Source: an uncultured Spirochaetota bacterium
GTDB taxonomy: Bacteria > Spirochaetota > Spirochaetia > SZUA-6 > Fen-1364
Length of the DNA stretch: 64,000 bases
Assembly (NCBI GenBank): GCA_963745235.1
Contig: CAVUXE010000052.1
Span: 192,001 to 256,000, forward strand
Direction: 5' to 3'
The position numbers and the translations under genes were made by a program. The notes beneath the pieces were generated by a model. It ran no database searches. It saw only the letters and a program-made list of their open reading frames with translations, and was not told where the DNA came from. This document shows positions 57,386 to 64,000 of this stretch, piece after piece. The stretch's first letter is position 1. The number at the start of each line of letters is the position of its first letter.

Positions 57386-58913
57386 CTGCTTTCCCTCCCC
57401 TGGGCGCCTTCTGAGGCGCTTCCCTGGGCGCCTTCTGAGGCGCTTCCCTGGGCGCCTTCTGGGGCGCTTCCCTGGGCGCCTTCTGAGGCGCTTCCCTGGG
57501 CGTTTCGGGCGCGATGAACGGCAGGAGCCTCTCCATCTCGAGGCCTCTGGACCCCTTCAACAGGACAAGGTCACCGTCGCGAAGATTGCTGCCGAGCTCG
57601 TGCCCAAGGACACTGAGCTCCGCGTGCCAGCGCGTACGCTGCGCCGCAGCGCTCCCAGAGAGGGCGGTCCATGCCTGCTCCATCTCCGCCCCAAGCAGGC
57701 GAATGGCGTCGAAATGAGAGTCGCGGAGCGTCTCCCCCAGCGCGCGATGCGCATCCGCTGTCCCCGCCCCCAGCTCCCGCATGCCGCCCAGCACGACGAT
57801 CTTCCTGCCGTCCCATGGCACCTCGGACACGAAGGAGAGCGCCTTGTCCATGGAATCCGGGTTTGCGTTGTAACAATCCATGATCACCGTGACGGAACCC
57901 CGGATGATCTGGGACCGCCCGAACAGCGGCGTGACGGCTTCCAGGCCGTCGCGTATTTCCGCGTTCGGGACGCCCAGCTCGCTCGCCACCGAGATGGCTC
58001 CCAGGGCGTTGGCGAGGTTGTGAGGACCGAAGAGCGGGAAGCGGATCCGGAACCCCTCCCAGTGGATGAGTGTTCCACCCAGTCCCTGGTTCTCGCTTCC
58101 CCGGTATCCCCGCGTGCTCCTCGGCCCAAAGAGAATGACTCTGCCCCTGACCCCTTCCTGGAGGAAGTCACGATACGGCTCGTCCTCGGGGAGGAAAGCC
58201 TTCTGGCTTCCGTCAAAGTGGGCAAAGATCCTTTTCTTTTCACTGGCGATTTCTTCCTGCGATCCAACCAATCCGATGTGCGCCGTGCCGATGTTCGTCA
58301 CAAGGCCCGCATCCGGACGCACGATGTCGGCAAGGACGTCCATCTCTCCGCGGTGATTCATCCCCATCTCGAAGATTGCAAACCGGTGCCCGCTCCCGAC
58401 TCCAAAGCACGCGAGGGGCAGTCCGATTTCGGAGTTCAGGTTGCCCTCGTTCACCGCAGTTGGCGCGGCGCGGCCCAGGATGGCTCCGAGGATTTCCTTC
58501 GTGGTTGTCTTTCCGCTGGAGCCGGTGATGCCGACGCGAACCACCGAAGTTGCGCTTCGCATGTGGTGGCGCGCCAGGCTCTGCAGGGCGGCAAGGGTGT
58601 CCGCCGCGGCAATGACGGCCGGCCCCCGCCCCGCCGGCAGCGCGCTCCAGTGACTGCTCCTCTGATTCACCTGGGCCTCAGAAACCAGAAGCGCCGCGGC
58701 TCCTGCCGCGGCGGCTTCTCCCAGAAACTCGTGACCGTCTGTCCTCTCCCCGGGAAGGGCGACGAAGAGATATCCATCCCGGACCTTGCGTGAATCAACC
58801 GCCACGCCAATCACTGCCGCGTCGGCAGAGGTCGTGCGCACGACTGCTCCGGCGGTTACCTCCGCAATGTCCGCAACGCTGAACAGCTTCTGCAGGGCGC
58901 GCGTCTCCGTCAT
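57378..58913 (-). CDS. murF: MurF with a repeat-derived C-terminal tail
   Basis: DSRKV, GITGSSGKTTTKE, EMGMNHRGE, DCYNANP, LKGSRG. Confidence 0.93.
   Translation of the reverse strand: MTETRALQKLFSVADIAEVTAGAVVRTTSADAAVIGVAVDSRKVRDGYLFVALPGERTDGHEFLGEAAAAGAAALLVSEAQVNQRSSHWSALPAGRGPAVIAAADTLAALQSLARHHMRSATSVVRVGITGSSGKTTTKEILGAILGRAAPTAVNEGNLNSEIGLPLACFGVGSGHRFAIFEMGMNHRGEMDVLADIVRPDAGLVTNIGTAHIGLVGSQEEIASEKKRIFAHFDGSQKAFLPEDEPYRDFLQEGVRGRVILFGPRSTRGYRGSENQGLGGTLIHWEGFRIRFPLFGPHNLANALGAISVASELGVPNAEIRDGLEAVTPLFGRSQIIRGSVTVIMDCYNANPDSMDKALSFVSEVPWDGRKIVVLGGMRELGAGTADAHRALGETLRDSHFDAIRLLGAEMEQAWTALSGSAAAQRTRWHAELSVLGHELGSNLRDGDLVLLKGSRGLEMERLLPFIAPETPREAPQKAPREAPQKAPREAPQKAPREAPQKAPRGGKAGA
57398..57502. 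repeat. Tandem 24-bp repeat, about 4.4 copies, in the murF 3' end
   Basis: Unit CCCTGGGCGCCTTCTGAGGCGCTT, encodes APREAPQK. Confidence 0.95.
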
Positions 58914-59200
58914 TGCGCTTGACCCTCTGCGGCGCCCTGCACGACGACCCTCGTGACGTGCGCCTGGTCGGCAGGCGCCAGGGTGAAGCTCTTTGACGCC
59001 TTTTCCTCGACGCGAGCCGGTGAACGCTCGTAGGCGATCTGCGCTATGGCATCCCGATTGGCTTCCAGGAGATCCTGCTGCTGCTTCTCCAGAGCCGCCA
59101 CGTTGTCAGAAAGCGCGCTGTATCGATATCCCTGCCACGCGTTGAGAAACAGGAGGCCGGGAACAATCAGCCCGAGAACGGCCAGACCATACCTCATCAT
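58910..59200 (-). CDS. ftsL: FtsL-like cell division protein
   Basis: TM + coiled coil + SPARVE; overlaps the rsmH stop (ATGA). Confidence 0.7.
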   Translation of the reverse strand: MMRYGLAVLGLIVPGLLFLNAWQGYRYSALSDNVAALEKQQQDLLEANRDAIAQIAYERSPARVEEKASKSFTLAPADQAHVTRVVVQGAAEGQAQ

Positions 59201-60189
59201 GCACCCTCCGTGGGCGGACGCCTGGGCGTCACTTCGCGAAGCCCTAGGGGCTTCACTTCGCGAGGCCCCAGGGGCTTCTCCGCCACCCTCAGCTTCGCGC
59301 TGCGGCTGGCAGGATTGCGGGAAATCTCTTCCCCGGAGGCGGAGACTGGCTTGGCGGTGACCAAACGAAGCTCCGCTTTGCCCCCACATTGACAGATCGG
59401 CCATTCCGGGGGACACGTACACTCCCGGCTCTTGTCACGGAAGAAGCGCTTCACGATCCGGTCTTCGAGGGAATGAAATGTAATAACGCCGATTCGGCCG
59501 CCCGGGCTCAGCACGCGAAGCGCCTCCGCGAGCCCCGTCTCCAGCTGCTCCAGCTCACGGTTGACGGCGATCCGCAGAGCCTGGAACGTCCGCGTTGCCG
59601 GATGAGTCCGTTTGTGCTGGTACTGTGCGGGGACGGCTGAGGCAACCACCTGGGCCAGCCGGATCGCGCTGGTGATCGGGGCCTTTTCTCTCTGCCGAAC
59701 GATGCGGGCCGCGATTCCCCGGGCGAACCTTTCCTCGCCGTAGCGAAAGAGGATATCGGCAAGCTCTGCCTGATCGAGGTTGTTCACCATATCGGCGGCG
59801 GTGGTCGGGAGATCCTCGCTCAGCCTCATGTCGAGGGCCTCGTCGCGGTCGAACGAGAAACCGCGGCCGCTCGCTTCATAGTGGAAACGCGATATGCCAA
59901 GGTCCAGGAGAATGATGTCGGCCGCTTCCGAGTATTCTGAAAGAAAGGCGCCGTACCATGCGTTGACCAGTCGGGCGCGGCTGGCAAACACCGCAAGCCG
60001 CTGCCTGGCGACCTCGAGGATCGAGGAGTCGGCATCAACGCCGATGAGGGCAAGGTCCGGATACCTGAGAAGAAAAGCCTCGGAATGGCCGCCTTCCCCC
60101 TCGGTGAGATCGATCATGAACGCGTCACCCGGGGGAGGAACCAGGAGCGCCAACACCTCCTGCAACAGGACCGGCTCATGGACGATCAC
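59197..60189 (-). CDS. rsmH: 16S rRNA methyltransferase RsmH
   Basis: HEPVLL, GEGGHS, LDMR, HPATRTFQALRI, FHSLEDR, NPASRSAKLR. Confidence 0.95.
   Translation of the reverse strand: MIVHEPVLLQEVLALLVPPPGDAFMIDLTEGEGGHSEAFLLRYPDLALIGVDADSSILEVARQRLAVFASRARLVNAWYGAFLSEYSEAADIILLDLGISRFHYEASGRGFSFDRDEALDMRLSEDLPTTAADMVNNLDQAELADILFRYGEERFARGIAARIVRQREKAPITSAIRLAQVVASAVPAQYQHKRTHPATRTFQALRIAVNRELEQLETGLAEALRVLSPGGRIGVITFHSLEDRIVKRFFRDKSRECTCPPEWPICQCGGKAELRLVTAKPVSASGEEISRNPASRSAKLRVAEKPLGPREVKPLGLREVTPRRPPTEGA
59229..59278. repeat. Tandem 24-bp repeat x2 in the rsmH 3' end
   Basis: TCACTTCGCGAAGCCCTAGGGGCT followed by TCACTTCGCGAGGCCCCAGGGGCT. Confidence 0.85.
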
Positions 60190-60626
60190 AGCGCGATCCT
60201 CCCGCCCAGCTCCTCGGCGGCTTCCTTGAACTTCGCCTCATTCTCCTGGAGGTAGGTCTGGTACGCTGTTTCCGACCAGACTTCGATGTATTTCTTGAGC
60301 CCGAGAATGAGGCACTCCTTTCTCAGATCAGCATATTCCCGCAAGGTCTGGGGTATGACAATCCTCCCCGCCTTGTCTATTTCGGTTTCCTGTGCTGGAG
60401 CGATCAACCGTCGCTGGATCAGGCGCGACTGGGCCTGCAGCAGCGACGTCGAGCCGACTAGGTTCTCGGAAAATGTCTTCCATTCTTCAGGGGGAAAGAG
60501 CCAGAGGCAGTTTTCCACACCACGGGTGAGGATCACGACGTTACCGAGCACTTCCGTTCTCATGCGAGCTGGTATGAGCAACCGTCCCTTTTCGTCCAGC
60601 GAGCAGCGGAATTCCCCTGTAATCAT
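60186..60626 (-). CDS. mraZ: MraZ transcriptional regulator
   Basis: LDEKGRLLIP and IDKAGRIVIP (two SpoVT/AbrB domains), IEVW. Confidence 0.95.
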   Translation of the reverse strand: MITGEFRCSLDEKGRLLIPARMRTEVLGNVVILTRGVENCLWLFPPEEWKTFSENLVGSTSLLQAQSRLIQRRLIAPAQETEIDKAGRIVIPQTLREYADLRKECLILGLKKYIEVWSETAYQTYLQENEAKFKEAAEELGGRIAL

Positions 60627-60635
60627 GGCCTCTCC

Positions 60636-60711
60636 TACCACATTTTCCTAAAACTTCCCACTTTTTCCCACCTCCAGCTGCAGATAATACCCCCAAAGGA
60701 CCGGATGTCAA
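60636..60711 (-). promoter_or_regulatory. dcw promoter with MraZ-type direct repeats
   Basis: TTGACA-16-TATTAT (60711-60684), then GTGGGA, GTGGGA, TTAGGA, GTGGTA at 10-bp spacing. Confidence 0.75.
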
Positions 60712-60842
60712 CCAGAGTCGCGTCACAAAAATCAGGGATTTTGGAAAAAATTATCGGAACTATTTAACAGATGTTGAGTAGATCACCTAAAATTGACTCG
60801 CATGCACAAAGCAGGGTATCCTGGGCACGGAGTAAACAGCCC

Positions 60843-61130
60843 GTGCCCCTCTACCGCGTTCACTTCAAATGGAAGGAAAAGGACGTCGAGCTCATGGCCA
60901 AGAGCCTTGACCTGACGCACCCGTACTTTGTGTCCATCCGCGACCTCGTGTTTCCAACGGAGCAGAAGCTGGTCATCAACCCCTCGGAGGAAGAGATTCG
61001 GCGCACCTTCGGCCGCGCGGACCATCTGATGATCCCATTCCAGACCGTCAGCCTGATCGAAGAGCTCACGGAGGATGCCGTTGGGAAAGTGATGCCTTTT
61101 CGCCTGGCAGATGATGAGGACCCGGAGTAG
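60843..61130 (+). CDS. DUF1820-like small protein; GTG start 60843 or upstream ATG 60771
   Basis: LYRVHF, YFVSIRDLVF, VINPSEEEIR, LMIPFQTVSLIEE. Confidence 0.6.
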   Translation: MPLYRVHFKWKEKDVELMAKSLDLTHPYFVSIRDLVFPTEQKLVINPSEEEIRRTFGRADHLMIPFQTVSLIEELTEDAVGKVMPFRLADDEDPE

Positions 61131-61139
61131 CCGCCGGGA

Positions 61140-61424
61140 TTGAACGGCGTCCGGATCGAGGGTAAGATCCCGGCGGTGTTGCGGACCATCATGATTTCGT
61201 ACCCGGAAGGGGACGAAAAGGAAATAGAGCACGAGCTGCGCGTGAACCAGCTGGTGGACCTCAACGGAAGACCTCTTCCCCTCCCCTTGCCGACATCGCG
61301 AATGATCGTGTACAGGGTGTGGAAGGTCTCCACCCGGCAGGAGAGGCATACCGAAGAGGTTACCTACCACCTGGAGCTCGTCACTCGGCCCGAGCTCGAA
61401 GCTATCGGAAGAGGGAGGAGGTGA
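61140..61424 (+). CDS. Hypothetical protein
   Basis: 94 aa ORF packed between neighbours; LVDLNGRPL, YRVWKV. Confidence 0.6.
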   Translation: MNGVRIEGKIPAVLRTIMISYPEGDEKEIEHELRVNQLVDLNGRPLPLPLPTSRMIVYRVWKVSTRQERHTEEVTYHLELVTRPELEAIGRGRR

Positions 61425-61425
61425 C

Positions 61426-61731
61426 ATGTTCTCACAGAGGGAACCTTCACGGGAAGAAATTGTCCTTGCGGTCCAGGGTCCGCTTTCAGGAGAAACAACG
61501 CCTGAGTTTCAAACCAGGATGGAGGAGCTGACGGCCGGACGCTACCTGACAATCACCCTGGACTTCTCCGAGACGCCGTCAATCAACTCTTCCGCGCTCG
61601 GCAAGATCCTGCTTTTCCGCAAGAAGCTCGCGGAGGGAGGACGGACCCTGCAGATAGTCGGCTGCAGTGACCCGCTCTTCAAGACGTTTCAGATGATCAA
61701 GTTCGACAAGCTGGTGACGATCAGGAAGTAG
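61426..61731 (+). CDS. STAS-domain anti-sigma-factor antagonist
   Basis: LDFSETPSINSSALGKIL; GGAGG RBS. Confidence 0.85.
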   Translation: MFSQREPSREEIVLAVQGPLSGETTPEFQTRMEELTAGRYLTITLDFSETPSINSSALGKILLFRKKLAEGGRTLQIVGCSDPLFKTFQMIKFDKLVTIRK

Positions 61732-61733
61732 CC

Positions 61734-63221
61734 CTAGGGGTGCTCACCCCGCTTCTCGAAACCGTTCCTGAGGCTCGCAACCAGCTCAAGGAATTGCGCC
61801 TGCGTCTGAATGCCGAAGTCCCCCAGGACTGACTGGTCCAGCTGCTGATAGGTGATCAGCCCCTCCTCCAGATCGCAGATGGAGGTGGCAAGGTAGACGG
61901 AGAACACAATGCTCCTGTGCCTTCCGCTTGCCAGCAGGGGATCATGGTGGTAGCGGATCCCCTCCACGAGCTGGTCGGGGAAGTTCCATTTCTGGGCGAT
62001 CAAGGCGCCGATATCGGCGTGCTTCATGCCGAATGAGAACTTCTCGAAAACCCAGGAGGGGATGTTCTTCTCCGCGCAGAACCGTCGCATCTTCTCCCGT
62101 GTGTCGGGATGGAGTGTCGCGATGGCAATGAACCCAAGGTCATGAAGAATGCCGGCAACGTACGCGTCGTCGAGGATTTCCGGCTGACGCTTCACGTCCC
62201 TGGCCAGGAGAAGGGCGTAGTGCGCCGTTCGCAGAGAATGCTCCCAGAGCGACCTCATCCGCGGGTGATGCTGATCCAGCATGATATGAAAACCGAACGA
62301 ATACAAAAGCTGGTGAAGGCTTCTCAGGCCGATGAGCTTCACGGCCTGGGGAATGCCGTTCACCCGTGAGGGCAGGCCATAGTACGCCGAGTTCACGTGC
62401 TTCAGCAGCTCCGCCGTCAGCGTGGGGTCCCGGGAGATGTGGTTCGCAATATCGGCCACGTTGGCTTCCGCTTCCTCCGTGAGCGTCATGAGCTTCACGA
62501 CGCTTTCAGGGAAGTGCGGGAGGGACTCGATGTTGCGCACAAGCGCCTCGGCAAGCGCCCTGATCTGGTCCAGCTGCACATCCGAGATGGGGATGGTGAT
62601 GGTCGAAACGGTCCTTCCCCTCTCCGTTCGTACGGAGAAGGCTTCCTCCCCCAGCCCGATGCTCTTGAGGAACTGGAGGAGGATCATGATTCCCAGCCCC
62701 GCGCCCTCGGAATGATCGAGGGATGTCTCCAACGCCTCGGAGAAGGAATGAAACGTGCGGGCGCGGGCAATCCTTTCCTTGATGCGCCCCTCCTCCATGG
62801 GAGTCAGCGGGGCGTCATTTCTCACGGAAACGGTGAGCGCCTCCCCGGTCGCATGGAACGCGACATCGATCCACATCTGCCTTTCCCGAAGCACCTGGAG
62901 GAAGTGCGCCAGGTTTTCGGAGAGCTCATTGTGGAAGGCCTTCATGCCTCTTTCGTAGTCTTGTTTTCTCGAAATCTGGAGGCCGTGCTCCTCGAAGTAG
63001 ATGCGTTTTGCGTTTGCTTTCTCAGCGTTCAGGACCAATTCCTTGACGCAGTAGGAGAGAACGTCCTGGATCTTCTGCTCACCCAGCTCGTCGAGGTACG
63101 TCTCCAGGATGCTGTCCAGGAGAGGGAAAGCCTCGGGGACAGAGCCCTCGATCCTGAAGACGTAGGGGACAGAGTTCTGAACTGCCCTCTGTATGTCGGC
63201 GACGTTTACCGGGGTGGACAT
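61734..63221 (-). CDS. HDOD-domain protein with an N-terminal GHKL/HATPase-like domain
   Basis: ELVLNA ... GAGLG; LPHFP, DPTLTAELLKHVNSAYY, AGILHDLG, KWNFP, YHHDP. Confidence 0.85.
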   Translation of the reverse strand: MSTPVNVADIQRAVQNSVPYVFRIEGSVPEAFPLLDSILETYLDELGEQKIQDVLSYCVKELVLNAEKANAKRIYFEEHGLQISRKQDYERGMKAFHNELSENLAHFLQVLRERQMWIDVAFHATGEALTVSVRNDAPLTPMEEGRIKERIARARTFHSFSEALETSLDHSEGAGLGIMILLQFLKSIGLGEEAFSVRTERGRTVSTITIPISDVQLDQIRALAEALVRNIESLPHFPESVVKLMTLTEEAEANVADIANHISRDPTLTAELLKHVNSAYYGLPSRVNGIPQAVKLIGLRSLHQLLYSFGFHIMLDQHHPRMRSLWEHSLRTAHYALLLARDVKRQPEILDDAYVAGILHDLGFIAIATLHPDTREKMRRFCAEKNIPSWVFEKFSFGMKHADIGALIAQKWNFPDQLVEGIRYHHDPLLASGRHRSIVFSVYLATSICDLEEGLITYQQLDQSVLGDFGIQTQAQFLELVASLRNGFEKRGEHP

Positions 63222-63297
63222 TCTTGCTGCTCTCGGGAACTATCATACTCAATGTGGCGGGATGCCGGCCAGTGAGAATCCCTTTCGGCGCAAAGGT

Positions 63298-64000
63298 TCA
63301 GGCCGCCCGCTTCTCCGTCAGGAAAAGGACCACGTCACCGAATCCGAGCCTCTTTGCGAGCCTGTCAACCGGCTTCTTGATGAGCAGGGGCGCCGTCCCC
63401 ACGGCCAGCCCTCCCCAGGTGACCGTCTTGATGATGCTGAACCCCGAGTCCCGCAGGACCCTGCCCAGCGTGCGCCGGGAGAAAAGGACGAGGTGGTCCG
63501 CAATCGCGGATCGCCAGCCTGTCCCGAAGAGCCTCGCCTGGAACCCGTCCACGTTGGGAGTGGTGATGACGGCGAATCCCCCTGGCTTCAAAATCCGAAG
63601 CACCTCCGTAAGGAACCCCCGAGGATCAGGCACATGCTCGATGAGATGGGAGAAGTGCACCACGGAGAAGCTGTTGTCCGGGAAGGCGGCTTCGTGGAGC
63701 GTGCCGGGAAAGATATCAACTCCCCGGTGCCGCTTTCCGTACTCCGCGGACTCCCGGCAGATGTCGACCCCCTGGACGGTCCACCCCTTGTGCTGCATGG
63801 ATTCGAGGAGCATCCCCGTGGCGCATCCGATGTCGAGAAATGTCCTGTGACTCCCGAGCCTGGCCGCCCTGGCCTCGAAGTCAACGTCCCTCAGGCCGAG
63901 CTCCATCAGCGTGAAGAAGTTGCGCTCGTTGCGATACTCGTAAGCGAAGTAGCTTTCCCCGTAGCGCCGGCGCAGGTCCTCGAAAGCCGGGGATGGGTCC
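63298..64000 (-). CDS. Class I SAM-dependent methyltransferase; 5' end lies outside the window
   Basis: LDIGCATG, HLIEHVPDP, LKPGG, TTPN; frame open to the window edge. Confidence 0.85.
   Translation of the reverse strand, partial: DPSPAFEDLRRRYGESYFAYEYRNERNFFTLMELGLRDVDFEARAARLGSHRTFLDIGCATGMLLESMQHKGWTVQGVDICRESAEYGKRHRGVDIFPGTLHEAAFPDNSFSVVHFSHLIEHVPDPRGFLTEVLRILKPGGFAVITTPNVDGFQARLFGTGWRSAIADHLVLFSRRTLGRVLRDSGFSIIKTVTWGGLAVGTAPLLIKKPVDRLAKRLGFGDVVLFLTEKRAA

Overview
GC-rich spirochaete (Spirochaetia/Treponematales-like) chromosomal segment made mostly of core genes. The left end holds the 3' part of a stand-alone EF-G gene, nnr, a lipoprotein gene divergent from secA, a bactofilin-like membrane protein with two LysM-M23 peptidases, and ftsI-maf. 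From 14977 to 60626 an unbroken minus-strand gene run covers mraZ-rsmH-ftsL-murF-mraY-ftsW-ftsQ-ftsA-ftsZ-xerD-dprA-topA-xerC-hslVU, the flagellar genes flgB to flhG, sigma28, fapA and cheW-cheA-cheY. The right end holds DUF1820-like, STAS, GHKL-HDOD and methyltransferase genes. About 14 genes are frameshifted, including ftsZ and topA, most simply by assembly indels. The most unusual signal is a family of short GC-stem hairpins with a C-NTCCNT-G core. They form tandem arrays that are translated, in different frames, inside cheW, a neighbouring hypothetical gene, flhF and murF, and they also build a nested palindromic element between ftsA and ftsZ. Also notable: motA/motB are absent from their usual position, FlgE has Ser at the lysinoalanine cross-link position 178, and there is a candidate bactofilin-M23 cell-shape module. 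All calls come from reading the sequence and recalled family motifs; no database searches were run.
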